The notes beneath the pieces were generated by a model. That model saw only the letters and a list, made by a program, of their open reading frames with translations, had not been told where the DNA came from and did not search any database. The position numbers and the translations under genes were made by a program. DNA of 64,000 nucleotides, from IMG/VR virus record IMGVR_UViG_3300028048_002144; one strand, given 5' to 3'. The DNA is from a virus (lineage: Duplodnaviria; Caudoviricetes). Below, in pieces: positions 40,425 to 50,219 of the stretch (the first letter of the stretch is position 1; each line of letters opens with the position of its first letter).

Positions 40425-41606
40425 CTACCCTCTCTTTTTTAAAGAGTCATTGAGGTTCATATAATAACCTCTTACATTTGAAAAGATAGCAGGAATCTGC
40501 GCATCCTTTCCCCAACTAGGAACAACCTTTAATGTTTCCATTCCTTTAAAGTATTCCTTAATATATGGATACCAAGCCTTACCAGTACCACCAGTTACAA
40601 TAAGATAATCCTGATCCTGCAAGTTATTGTAGAAGTTGCAAAGAGTATTCAAAGCTTCGCTACAAACTTCCTTGTTTGCTCTATCCAAGATAGGCTCAAT
40701 ATCAATACTCTTTACAGAACGTGTTTTATGATCAAACTTTGTCTTAAAAGTACCATCTTCTAATACTTTCTGCATCATAGGAATTGTAATATTAGTATCA
40801 TACTCTTCCTTAATGATTTCACAGGCCCTCTCAAGTACGTTTTTCATACCGAGATTATCCCATGTCTTTGAAGTATCAAGATAATGGTTCTTAATATCGA
40901 AAGTATCAAGAGTTCCGAAACCTGGATCAAAAATCAGTACATTTGATGAAAAATATTCTCTTGCGTTTTCATTTGCTCCACCATTATCGTTTGTGGCTAC
41001 AGAAATAAGTGTTCCCATTGGCTGAGGGATAACCTTAATATTATTTTCAGCATCAATATCAAACTCAAAATCAATCCAATCAGATGTTCCAAACTTAATC
41101 TGAAATTTGTGATGTCCAGCGAATACATCTACAATCTGTTCCTTATCTGTAGAAAGATATTCTGGTGGAAGTCCAGTCTGAATACATGGTGTTTTACCAG
41201 TAGGATCTCCATACTGATTTTTCATCATTCCAAGAGCAATTCCTACTCTCATGATTACTTTGAATTCTGGTGAATAATATCTTGAACGTGTATAAAGTGC
41301 TGCAGTAGAGCTATCACTTTCTCCAGTCTTCAATCTTGACTGTGCTGCATCACCTACGAAATACTCGTTATTTTCTTCATCACGATATGCGATAAAGTTC
41401 TTATCCAGTTTACCGATAGGATTATCTGCCATGCCAAAAGGCACTTTCTTAGCATAGCTAGGGAATGAAGCTACGATATTTGGACTATATGTTTTTACAG
41501 ATGAATATCCAATATCAATTGCTACTCCCCAATACTTAGGATTAAGTGGGTTCTGTCGTGTCAGAGTGAATGTTTTTGTTTTAAAATCTTTAGAATTAAC
41601 TGACAT
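40425..41606 (-). CDS. parM: ParM/StbA-family actin-like partition ATPase
   Basis: Actin-fold motifs IDIGYSSVK, TGLP, VIPQPMG, FDPGFGTLD, VTGGTG and NVRGY. Confidence 0.88.
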   Translation of the reverse strand: MSVNSKDFKTKTFTLTRQNPLNPKYWGVAIDIGYSSVKTYSPNIVASFPSYAKKVPFGMADNPIGKLDKNFIAYRDEENNEYFVGDAAQSRLKTGESDSSTAALYTRSRYYSPEFKVIMRVGIALGMMKNQYGDPTGKTPCIQTGLPPEYLSTDKEQIVDVFAGHHKFQIKFGTSDWIDFEFDIDAENNIKVIPQPMGTLISVATNDNGGANENAREYFSSNVLIFDPGFGTLDTFDIKNHYLDTSKTWDNLGMKNVLERACEIIKEEYDTNITIPMMQKVLEDGTFKTKFDHKTRSVKSIDIEPILDRANKEVCSEALNTLCNFYNNLQDQDYLIVTGGTGKAWYPYIKEYFKGMETLKVVPSWGKDAQIPAIFSNVRGYYMNLNDSLKKRG

Positions 41607-41621
41607 AAATTATTCCTTTCT

Positions 41622-42089
41622 TTATAAAAAATGGCTTCCCTTTACAGGAATAGATACTATGAATTTAACGTTAGAAATAGGTACACAACCATAATCTCTA
41701 CTATCTCGGCTATGATCTCTGTTATCTCCCATAAGATATACATGATCTTCGGGTACTGTAACACCATCATTTAGATTGCCAATAATAGTTGTTTTTATAT
41801 TTCTTTCTTCTTTTTGATCGTTGATATATAAATATCCAGATTTGATTCTTAGTTTATCTCCAGAAACTCCTACTACTCGCTTAATAACTAATTTGTTATA
41901 GTTAGTTTTTGCTACGACAATATCGCCTTTTTCAATTGTCTTTTTAATAGGATTTCTGAATACTAACTGGCTATCCTTTAATGTAGGATACATTGAATCA
42001 CCGGCTACCTGGCTAGGCCTAAAGAAATAGACTGCCAAGATTTCAACTAATAAGATAGCCGATATAACGATTATTCTTTTTTTCTTCAT
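41622..42089 (-). CDS. lepB: Signal peptidase I
   Basis: GDSMYPTL, GDIVV, VIKRVVG and MGDNRDHSRDSRDYG. Confidence 0.93.
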   Translation of the reverse strand: MKKKRIIVISAILLVEILAVYFFRPSQVAGDSMYPTLKDSQLVFRNPIKKTIEKGDIVVAKTNYNKLVIKRVVGVSGDKLRIKSGYLYINDQKEERNIKTTIIGNLNDGVTVPEDHVYLMGDNRDHSRDSRDYGCVPISNVKFIVSIPVKGSHFL

Positions 42090-42097
42090 AGAAGCAC

Positions 42098-42454
42098 CTA
42101 TTTGTAAATCTTTCTGTTATAGATTATTAAGTCGATCCTATCTTCTGAATAAGATTTAACCTTTACATCAATAACCTTCTTTACTTTAAATTTCATTCCG
42201 GTGTAATCTTTGATATTGAAATTCTTCATATCTTCATCAATGATCTTAGAAAATGCTTCTACTACAGCTTCAGCATCAAAGAAATTTAATCGCATCGAGC
42301 ACATATGCTCATTTTCTGTTCGGTTCTCTTCATAATACTTAGGGCATGAATAAAAATTCGACATGTTCTCTGCGCCAGCATGCACGGTCATTTCTACTGG
42401 ATCATGATTATTTGCACAGAAAAAATGTATCTTTTTCCATAGATTTTTCTGCAT
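42098..42454 (-). CDS. Cys/His-containing hypothetical protein
   Basis: C-x3-H...FYSCPKY...C pattern; motif upstream. Confidence 0.6.
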   Translation of the reverse strand: MQKNLWKKIHFFCANNHDPVEMTVHAGAENMSNFYSCPKYYEENRTENEHMCSMRLNFFDAEAVVEAFSKIIDEDMKNFNIKDYTGMKFKVKKVIDVKVKSYSEDRIDLIIYNRKIYK

Positions 42455-42594
42455 ATCTTTGCCTTTCTAATCATCTAATTAGTGGTAACTTTTATTATTA
42501 ATATGACAGATATAAGAACGTTTCTTGATTTTTGCATAAAAAAAGAGAAGTTCCAAAGAACCTCTCTTAAAATAAAATATAAACTTTACACAAA

Positions 42595-42748
42595 AACAAA
42601 AGCTCCTGGGTTATCCCAGGAGCTTATATCGGCAATCGTTCACCATTATTTTTTATACAGGGGAAGTGCCCGGTTCAGCCGATATGAATCCCTCAGCAAG
42701 TGAGCCTGTATTGATTTTTTATACGTAATTTACGTACAACAACTATGA
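42595..42748 (-). ncRNA. Putative structured small RNA of unknown family
   Basis: Has its own sigmaA-like promoter, a GC-rich four-way junction with an 8-bp pseudoknot, and a terminator hairpin at 42599-42625. Confidence 0.6.
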
Positions 42749-42753
42749 AATAT

Positions 42754-42782
42754 AATATACACTATGTTACAAAAAATGTCTA
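42754..42782 (-). promoter_or_regulatory. SigmaA-type promoter for the small RNA
   Basis: TAGACA-17 bp-TATATT on the minus strand. Confidence 0.55.
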
Positions 42783-43049
42783 GTCTAATTTGTAATTAGA
42801 ATATTCTACGTCCATACTTGTACCATTTATATTTCTGCAATAAGGACAGATATCTTCACTTCTATCTCTGAATCCTGGTACTTGATCTTCCGTGAATTGC
42901 TTATATTTCTTATTACATTTCGGACAAGTAACAACATTACTAGACTCTCTGAAATACTCTAAATCCCCATCGCCATTGTAATATACTCCCATAGCATTTT
43001 CTCCTTTACTAACATAATTAGTATTTAGGTTTCCCTTTTTGTATCTCAC
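42780..43049 (-). CDS. Small Zn-ribbon protein
   Basis: CPKC...CPYC; likely start MGVYY behind AAAGGAG. Confidence 0.6.
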   Translation of the reverse strand: MRYKKGNLNTNYVSKGENAMGVYYNGDGDLEYFRESSNVVTCPKCNKKYKQFTEDQVPGFRDRSEDICPYCRNINGTSMDVEYSNYKLD

Positions 43050-43635
43050 TTAAAAACTGGCATAAGATTTTAGGGCAAAAATTCTTTTCAACTAAATTTG
43101 CCATTTCTTTTAAAACATCAGCTTCGTTTTTCTGATCATGGTATGGTCTTTTATCCGTCATAGCATCAAATGTATCTGTTATACGCACTAGTTTAGCTAA
43201 CAATGGGATTTGTTCGCCCTTCAAACCATAATATCCAGATCCATCGAAATTTTCATGATGATACAATATTCCATTTACAACATCATCAGAAAAATATCCA
43301 CTTTGTTTTATTTCTTGAGCACCCCATTTAGGGTGGTTCTTTATGATTTCAAATTCTTCATTTGTAAGCTTACCTTTTTTATTTAAGATATTAATATCAA
43401 TATATTTTTTACCAATATCATGAAGTAAGGCTGCTTCGATTAATTTTTCCATCAAATCTTCATTTAATCCCATCTGGAATCCAGTATAAGCAGATTCAAC
43501 AGCTACATTTAAAGAATGATAATAAGTATATATATCATAGTCCTTTAAAATAGATAGTTCTTTTTTAATAAAATCGTTTTTGTTTAATGTTGCTTTTATA
43601 AGTTCAGTAACTATTTCAGATAAATTCTGTTCCAT
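43018..43635 (-). CDS. HD-GYP family phosphodiesterase (stand-alone)
   Basis: HSLNVA, LLHDIGK, IKNHP, HHENFDGSGYYGL and DTFDAMT.RPY. Confidence 0.88.
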   Translation of the reverse strand: MEQNLSEIVTELIKATLNKNDFIKKELSILKDYDIYTYYHSLNVAVESAYTGFQMGLNEDLMEKLIEAALLHDIGKKYIDINILNKKGKLTNEEFEIIKNHPKWGAQEIKQSGYFSDDVVNGILYHHENFDGSGYYGLKGEQIPLLAKLVRITDTFDAMTDKRPYHDQKNEADVLKEMANLVEKNFCPKILCQFLSEIQKGKPKY

Positions 43636-43648
43636 TATAGAGTCCTTT

Positions 43649-46054
43649 CTACGAGTTGAACTTGAATTTTAACATGCTTTTTTCTCCATTCTTTTCAAGG
43701 ACTAATCTTGCTTTGAATTTTTTACCGGCTTTAGAAACAAAACCACTTAATTCTTTTGTCTTTCCTTTTTCGATTGCATCTCTTAATTCGTCATTTGTTA
43801 ATCGTCTCTTACATACATTGGCCCAGAGCGTAAAATCACAAGAAGGGCAAGATACTTTATCACCTTGTCTTTGTAATTCTTCCATACAGTCAGGGCATTG
43901 AATTCCTATGTCTACTTTTTGAGCTTGTATAAAATCTAGTTTACCTTCAGTTGCATTAAATTTTAGTTTTTGCATCCAAGTTGCACTTTTATCTTTTTTA
44001 GTAAGCTTCTTCTCTACTGTATTGCCATTAAATAGATTAATAGCATCTTCTTTAGTGAATGTAGCTCCTAGAAAATTCTTAATTAGAGTATATTTACAGC
44101 CATCACTATAACCTAAACAATAGAAGTTTTTAGGGCCTTCCATAATATCTTTTCCACATGAAGGGCATGTCATGATTGGCTCTTTTTTATAATTATTTGC
44201 ATCACCATAATATGTTTTATTGACAAGTTTTATTTCATTAATCAGTTTAACGGTTTCTTCCTTCATTATCTCTTCGCCAGCAGCTAAGGATAACTCTCCG
44301 TTTCTGATTTTTAATAACATCTGCTCCCAATGTCCAGTAGTGTCTATATTACATAGGGATACATCATTTATAGTATGAATCATAAATGATCCAAAATCGG
44401 TTGGTACAAGATTATTCTTAACTCGCTTAATATATTTATCTTTTATAAGCTTTTCGATAATTCCAGCTCTGGTTGCTGGTGTACCGATACTTAAATCTTT
44501 AATATCTTCTTTAATAGTTTTATCAGTTAAGTATTTAGTAGGATTTTCCATAGCCGCAATAAGTGTACCATCAGTGAAACGTTTAGGCTTCTGGCTTATT
44601 TTTTCAACCTTATCGAAGCTACTAACTGAATATGTTTCTCCCTCATTAACGAGAGGAATCTCAATATCATTTACTTTTGTTTCAAGGAATTCAGTAAAAC
44701 CTTTATCTACTACTATTTTTCCAGATGATCTAAATAAATATTTATTACCGTTATAATCTTCTACTTCAGATATAACTGTAGTTTTATCCTGGATAAGAGG
44801 TAACTGGAATATGGCTAAAAACCTTTTTACGACCAGACTGTAGATATCTAATTCTTTATTAGATAACTGCTCAAGATCTGGCTTTTCTGTTGTAGGAATA
44901 ATAGCTGAATGTCCATGCTTTTTTAATTCTGCATCATTAACATATTTCTTAATGCTTTTTACATTAGAAATTCTTGTAGATGCAAATGCAACTTCTTTAG
45001 AAAATTCCATAAATGTTGCACAAGATGATAAAATACCTCTAAAATTCTCATTAGAAGATATAACTTCACAATCAGTTCTAGGGTAAGACAGTAAATGCTT
45101 TTCATACAGACTTTGGATAATCTCCAGAGTATCATTAGCTGAATAACCTAGTTTAGCTGCATCCATCTGTAGAGTTGCCAGTTTATATAATTTAGGGGCA
45201 AAAGATGTTGTTCTCTTTTTATCTACAGATATAATCTTACCGCTATCATTTAAAGTATCAATAAGATCTCTTACAGATTCCTCTGTATCGAATACTTTTA
45301 CTCCAATTTGATTATTAGTTTCTTCATCTGAAACCGTTTCTTTCTGATCTTCGTAAAGATATCCGCTTAATCCATTAGCATAATTTACATTTAATCCATA
45401 TGTAGTTTTAGGAATGAAATTTATAATTTCATCTTCTCTTTTTACAATAGTTGACTGAACCGCAGTCATTACTCTTCCAACTGCGATAGTATTTCCTTTA
45501 GCATATAATCTATTTCCTAATGCTCTTGAACCATTCATACCAAATCTGTAATCAGAATGCTGTCTAATTAAGGCAGCAGCCATAAGATTTTTGTACATAG
45601 GTTCATCATCGGATTTTAGATTCTTTAGAGCATTTATAATTCCATCTTGAGTTGTATCATTTGCCCAGAATCTTAGTACGGGAAGTTTATTATTAAATTG
45701 CTGTAATACTAGATTAACTAACAATTCACCTTCCTGGTCTGGATCTCCTGCATGTATAATTACATCATACTTACCAGAAGTGGCCATTTTCTTAATTTCT
45801 TCGTACTGTTTTTTGGTACTCTTTTTTACTTTGTACTGCCAGCCACCTTCATTCTCAGGCTCTATTGGTAGTAATTTTTCATCCCAGCTAACATAAATAG
45901 GATTCATTTCAGCTGGATCTTTTAACTCAATTAAATGTCCAAACTGCGCAGTAAAATCAATATCATATTCGATATCTTTTGCGCACTTTTTATATGCTCT
46001 TTGAATATCTCTCATTAGAGAGGGTTTTTCTGCTATTAATAAAGCTTTTTTCAT
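43649..46054 (-). CDS. topB: Type IA DNA topoisomerase III
   Basis: IAEKPS, GHL, DPDQEGE, GRV, YPRTD, HSAIIPT, IGTPATRA; C-terminal Zn ribbons and Toprim_Crpt-like repeat (GFVSKAGKKFKA). Confidence 0.92.
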   Translation of the reverse strand: MKKALLIAEKPSLMRDIQRAYKKCAKDIEYDIDFTAQFGHLIELKDPAEMNPIYVSWDEKLLPIEPENEGGWQYKVKKSTKKQYEEIKKMATSGKYDVIIHAGDPDQEGELLVNLVLQQFNNKLPVLRFWANDTTQDGIINALKNLKSDDEPMYKNLMAAALIRQHSDYRFGMNGSRALGNRLYAKGNTIAVGRVMTAVQSTIVKREDEIINFIPKTTYGLNVNYANGLSGYLYEDQKETVSDEETNNQIGVKVFDTEESVRDLIDTLNDSGKIISVDKKRTTSFAPKLYKLATLQMDAAKLGYSANDTLEIIQSLYEKHLLSYPRTDCEVISSNENFRGILSSCATFMEFSKEVAFASTRISNVKSIKKYVNDAELKKHGHSAIIPTTEKPDLEQLSNKELDIYSLVVKRFLAIFQLPLIQDKTTVISEVEDYNGNKYLFRSSGKIVVDKGFTEFLETKVNDIEIPLVNEGETYSVSSFDKVEKISQKPKRFTDGTLIAAMENPTKYLTDKTIKEDIKDLSIGTPATRAGIIEKLIKDKYIKRVKNNLVPTDFGSFMIHTINDVSLCNIDTTGHWEQMLLKIRNGELSLAAGEEIMKEETVKLINEIKLVNKTYYGDANNYKKEPIMTCPSCGKDIMEGPKNFYCLGYSDGCKYTLIKNFLGATFTKEDAINLFNGNTVEKKLTKKDKSATWMQKLKFNATEGKLDFIQAQKVDIGIQCPDCMEELQRQGDKVSCPSCDFTLWANVCKRRLTNDELRDAIEKGKTKELSGFVSKAGKKFKARLVLEKNGEKSMLKFKFNS

Positions 46055-46104
46055 AAGTTCTCCTTAAAATTCAGCTTTTCTATAAAAATATGACAGATTC
46101 GCTT

Positions 46105-46470
46105 TTATACGAACAGACTACAATGCTTTGGTAAAAATTCTCTGTTAAACTTTGTACCAATACGTTTTCCACCAAAGCTATTCATAATTTCTCCATTGAA
46201 AATCGGATAATATAAGAGGTTGATATCTTTATCTACAAAGTAAATAGAACTATTATGCTTCTGCGCATAATCCATAATTTCAGAGAACTCCGGATTCTCC
46301 CATAACAGAGTTTCATTAGGTTCATCATCTAAAACCAGAATAAACTTCGATTCTTCGTAATAACTATTAAATATATTTTCTCTAGTTATATCTTTTTTAC
46401 GAGTAATTAGATTTTCTATTACATCTTCGTAATTGTATTTTGAAAAGTTTTTTACACAGAATTTATTCAT
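46105..46470 (-). CDS. Hypothetical protein
   Basis: 121 aa ORF with a TAAGGAG RBS. Confidence 0.6.
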   Translation of the reverse strand: MNKFCVKNFSKYNYEDVIENLITRKKDITRENIFNSYYEESKFILVLDDEPNETLLWENPEFSEIMDYAQKHNSSIYFVDKDINLLYYPIFNGEIMNSFGGKRIGTKFNREFLPKHCSLFV

Positions 46471-46524
46471 AATGTTCTCCTTATGAAAATGTTGTCTATT
46501 ATGTTAAAGTGTACTCAAATGTGC

Positions 46525-47766
46525 TTACACTGCATTGTCAAACCAATATATCTTTGAATATTTCCAAAGTAGTTTGCATTTTTTGGCATTAACCTTTTTA
46601 CAATGTTTTGTAGGACTCTGAAAATTCAAAGCATTTAACTTTGGATAAAGTGCGGTTACGTAACCTCTATGAGTTTCACCATTTTTGAAGGTATATTCAA
46701 CTAAATCTCTATGTTTTATACTTAAAACGTTATCCGTTTTAGCTTTACTTTGCCTACGTATTGGTTTTATTATCCATTCTATAATATCTGTAGTATCTGG
46801 TTTTAGATCTGTTATACAGATAGCATCGTTCGAATGTGATTTTTCTATATCCCAGTCAATGCGTTTATTTGCAGTATCACCACCATTTGTTAAATGTAAA
46901 ATACCAAGTTCTGATAACTGTTTTCTCAACCAATTTTTACCTATCATTACATGACTTGCATAATTAAGATTTTTATTATCAGAAGAATTAAGCATATTAA
47001 AATAATGTTTCATATACTGTTCTTCTTTGCCTTCTGTCTTTTGGTGGCAATCACTACATAAAGTTATGAGATTATCTAATGTATTAGAACCGTTAAGTCT
47101 TCGTGGTTTTATATGATGTACTTCCAATACAGTATTAGATTTACCACATTCCATACATTTGTGGCCATCACGGAAAATAACTGCTTTACGAATATTCTCA
47201 TCTAAACGATTTGATTTTTGATATTGCCAATTATAAGGTTTATAACCATCTGTTAAGGCTCTTATATCAATAGCAACATCTTCGAGCCAATAATTGGTAA
47301 TATTAATCCATTTATTCAGATGGTATATTACTCGCATTGTAGCTTGTCGTTTTTGTAAAATACTTGGTGCTATTCTCCCGTTTCGTTTAGATGATTTACG
47401 ATTATAAAATCGTGCCTTACGATATCTTTTTTGATATCTGTGATATCTACGATAGCTTCTGCGAACATCCATAAGATGCTTTACGTCATTACGCTGTTCG
47501 ATTGTACCTTTAAATAAAACCTTATTCTTAGTTTGACATTTCTGCACTAGAGCTATACCTGCATGTAATCCACCATCATCAATACCAAGGCGAATTTCAT
47601 CTTTACAGATTTCATCATTAGGAATAACTCTATTGAGTTGTATTACCATAGGATATTTAGATACGAGTTTCGCTTTGCCTTTTCGTATCATATACCACGC
47701 TTTAGTTTCTTTCGTTGGGCTTAACTGCTTACCGTCAGCGTCCAACACAAAACTATAATTTGTCAT
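46525..47766 (-). CDS. iscB: RNA-guided endonuclease IscB
   Basis: PLMP-like QLSP, RuvC-I LGIDDG, Arg-rich bridge helix, RuvC-II WLED, HNH (CMECG...EVHHI...[10 protein letters not shown]) and RuvC-III HSNDA. Confidence 0.92.
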   Translation of the reverse strand: MTNYSFVLDADGKQLSPTKETKAWYMIRKGKAKLVSKYPMVIQLNRVIPNDEICKDEIRLGIDDGGLHAGIALVQKCQTKNKVLFKGTIEQRNDVKHLMDVRRSYRRYHRYQKRYRKARFYNRKSSKRNGRIAPSILQKRQATMRVIYHLNKWINITNYWLEDVAIDIRALTDGYKPYNWQYQKSNRLDENIRKAVIFRDGHKCMECGKSNTVLEVHHIKPRRLNGSNTLDNLITLCSDCHQKTEGKEEQYMKHYFNMLNSSDNKNLNYASHVMIGKNWLRKQLSELGILHLTNGGDTANKRIDWDIEKSHSNDAICITDLKPDTTDIIEWIIKPIRRQSKAKTDNVLSIKHRDLVEYTFKNGETHRGYVTALYPKLNALNFQSPTKHCKKVNAKKCKLLWKYSKIYWFDNAV

Positions 47767-47769
47767 TTC

Positions 47770-48087
47770 TGACCACCTTCCTTTCGGAGAATTGTTCCTC
47801 GTGCCAATGACAGAAAGAAGTGTTTATGTTTCGCTGTTTGCACCACAGGACATTAGTGGTGTTTCTTGCTTGGCAATCACAGAGCAACGGACTGAGAATA
47901 CATCCGAGGGTGTGTCTTTAACTTATCTCTCTATCGTAGTTCATCATGCAGAGTAGCTTTCGCTATCAGCACTCACTTAGGCTCGAAACCTACTGTTAAA
48001 TTCATGGCTCAAAAAGCTTAATTGTGTCCACTTTTGAGTATGTTTAAACATATATTGCTATGTTTTTAATTACTTAACAGTTAGTCC
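47770..48087 (-). ncRNA. omegaRNA-like guide scaffold of IscB element 1
   Basis: Non-coding structured leader with AGCCTAAG, ACTACG, GGATG...TCC..GCTCTG and CATTGGC.CGAGG segments similar to element 2; first helix 48074-48084 pairs with 47990-47999. Confidence 0.7.
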
Positions 48088-48918
48088 TTATTCGTGAATA
48101 TAAACTGGCGTTCCTACATCTACATTTGCATATAGATTTTTCATTACAGAATATGGTGTATTAACACAGCCATGTGATCCGTTCCTATGATAGATATTGC
48201 CACCAAATGAACCTCGCCAGGTTGCGTCATGTATGCCTATTCCGCTTCCAGTTAATCGCATCCAATAATTTACCCAGCTACTATATCCAGGGCCTTTGAG
48301 AGTCTTCCCAGGCACTTTTGAAGTAATATAGTAAGCTCCTACAGGTGTTTTAGTTGTATCTTTACCCGTTACAACAGATGTTTCTATTACAGGGTTATAA
48401 ATATTGTTTTTATTTTTCTCGTATAGATACATTTTCTGGTTAGAAATAGATACTTCTATATATTTGTTAGCTGGATAATCGCTATATCTTATTGGTTCTC
48501 TATTAGCTAAAGATTCATGCTTTAAAAAACATTCTTTTAAATATTTAATCTCAGCCTTCTTATCTATATCTAATAGGGTGCCTTCGGTTATTAGCGAATC
48601 CTCACCAGACATTGTTTTAAAGGGTATAGGTTTCTTATCAAAATCTATTTTTTCTACTTGTTCATCTATAAATGATAAATCTGTATTTTTATAATCCTTT
48701 TCATTAAGAATCTCTGATTCCACTTTCGCCCCATTAGAATACTCACACACCCATTTGAAAAGTTTAGGTTTTTCTTCTGATTTATTCTTCTTGTCTAAAT
48801 TTTCAATATTATTAGTGTTTACGTATGGGCTAATATTTTTACTATGGAATCTATATACTTGTATAAGAATACCTAGCAATAACAAACCGATAATTATATA
48901 TTTGATATAATTTTTCAT
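48088..48918 (-). CDS. L,D-transpeptidase (YkuD family), membrane-anchored
   Basis: IEVSISNQKM, VVTG...TPVG, GIGIHDA.WR and catalytic GSHGCVN. Confidence 0.92.
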   Translation of the reverse strand: MKNYIKYIIIGLLLLGILIQVYRFHSKNISPYVNTNNIENLDKKNKSEEKPKLFKWVCEYSNGAKVESEILNEKDYKNTDLSFIDEQVEKIDFDKKPIPFKTMSGEDSLITEGTLLDIDKKAEIKYLKECFLKHESLANREPIRYSDYPANKYIEVSISNQKMYLYEKNKNNIYNPVIETSVVTGKDTTKTPVGAYYITSKVPGKTLKGPGYSSWVNYWMRLTGSGIGIHDATWRGSFGGNIYHRNGSHGCVNTPYSVMKNLYANVDVGTPVYIHE

Positions 48919-48968
48919 CTATTTCTTAGCAGGATACCCTGGCTTTTATAAGCCGAGGATGAATGCGA

Positions 48969-50219
48969 TTAAGCACACTCCATGCTTCTCCTTTCCGTAA
49001 GATAACTATTAGGTGTATACAGATATTTTAATTTTTTATAACTGATATTACCCTTATTTACTTTTTCTCTCTGTAGATTTCTTATATCAAAAAATCCGCT
49101 AGTTCTTCTTCCAAAAACGAAATACTCTTTGTCATCAAAGCTTACCTTATCGAATAGCCTGAATCCTTTTACCTTATATTCAGCTTGATTATTCTTGCGT
49201 ATACCGCCTTTATTAATCTTATACTTATGTATCTGCCTGTTATGGCAGCGTATTTTCTTTTGATAATATACATATCCCAGAGGCTTAGCTAATGGGTTTT
49301 TGCTGATACATCTGGCATCTATATAGTGCTCTTTAGGAAGGTTATTTTTTATACGAGTATTTTTAGTTATATATCCGTATGTAAGACTTACATTCGGATA
49401 AGTCTCTTTTAACTTGTTGTAAAACGCCCATCTCATTATTCCCATAAAAGTAGCATCTTTAAAACTCATGCCACGTTTGATAGTCTTTGGTAGTTTTACG
49501 GTTCCTTTGTGGTACCCTTTATGACAAGTCTCACATAGAGTAATAAGGTTATTCGGTGCATTTCCTCCAGTTTTTCGGCTTTCGATATGATGTACATTAA
49601 GAATTTTATCCTTTGACTTTCCTTTGCAACACTGGCAAATGTGACCATCTCTGGAAAGCACATATTCTCTAACATTCCAAAAATCTAACTGTTCACCTTG
49701 TTGATACTCTGTTCCACTTATGGTGGGATTCTTAATCTTTTGAATGTCAAAAGACGCAACTTCTACGATTATTCTTGTGACAGGAAGTATTTTGTATACA
49801 TCCTCAACAACTTTTAGGTGAGTATCTACTTTTGCCTGTACTGAAGGTGCAAGCCATCTGTCAGATCTTTTACGGTTATTAAATTTTGGTTTTCTGTATC
49901 TTGTTTTACGATTTCGTCTTGTTCTGCGAGCTTCTCTGCGTGTAGAAAGTAAATTCACAATATCATTTCGTAGTTCTACATCTGCAGCATATAGTTCTTT
50001 ATCAGTAGTAGTTGCTGACACGCCTATATGTTTACTGCCTGCATCAATACCTAAAGATACATCCTGAGTATAAGTCGTACTCTTATACATTAATTGTATT
50101 GTAAACGGACATCTTTTAATTACTTTTGCTTTACCTTTGTTAAGTAATCTGCGTACTTTGCCACATCTATTTGTTGGCATTAATGGTTGTCCGTTTATAT
50201 CTAATACATATACCAACAT
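48969..50219 (-). CDS. iscB: RNA-guided endonuclease IscB
   Basis: QPLMPT, GIDAGSK, RREARRTRRNRKTRYR, IIVE, HNH (NVHHIESR...NLITLCETCH) and HYIDA. Confidence 0.95.
   Translation of the reverse strand: MLVYVLDINGQPLMPTNRCGKVRRLLNKGKAKVIKRCPFTIQLMYKSTTYTQDVSLGIDAGSKHIGVSATTTDKELYAADVELRNDIVNLLSTRREARRTRRNRKTRYRKPKFNNRKRSDRWLAPSVQAKVDTHLKVVEDVYKILPVTRIIVEVASFDIQKIKNPTISGTEYQQGEQLDFWNVREYVLSRDGHICQCCKGKSKDKILNVHHIESRKTGGNAPNNLITLCETCHKGYHKGTVKLPKTIKRGMSFKDATFMGIMRWAFYNKLKETYPNVSLTYGYITKNTRIKNNLPKEHYIDARCISKNPLAKPLGYVYYQKKIRCHNRQIHKYKINKGGIRKNNQAEYKVKGFRLFDKVSFDDKEYFVFGRRTSGFFDIRNLQREKVNKGNISYKKLKYLYTPNSYLTERRSMECA

Larger units (their letters stand above)
46478..48091 (-). mobile_element. Non-autonomous IscB/omegaRNA element 1, bounded by 7-bp direct repeats
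   Basis: TCCTTAT at 46478-46484 and 48085-48091; 19/24 subterminal inverted repeats; contains iscB and an omegaRNA-like leader; no tnpA. Confidence 0.7.

Noticed and set aside
39206-42600. parC centromere for the ParM system
   Set aside because: No iterated direct repeats were seen around the operon.
42655-42711. Cloverleaf as a tRNA or c-di-GMP-II riboswitch
   Set aside because: It is too short for a tRNA and lacks a T-loop TTCRA and canonical arm lengths. GGGCACUU is present but the GUGCAACC partner is not.
46482-46509. dif/Xer site (TTATGTTAAA resembles the XerD arm)
   Set aside because: The other half does not resemble a XerC arm. The sequence is better explained as part of the IscB element inverted repeat.
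46525-50219. RuvC+HNH ORFs as Cas9
   Set aside because: They are about 415 aa with PLMP-type N-termini and omegaRNA-like leaders, with no REC lobe or array.
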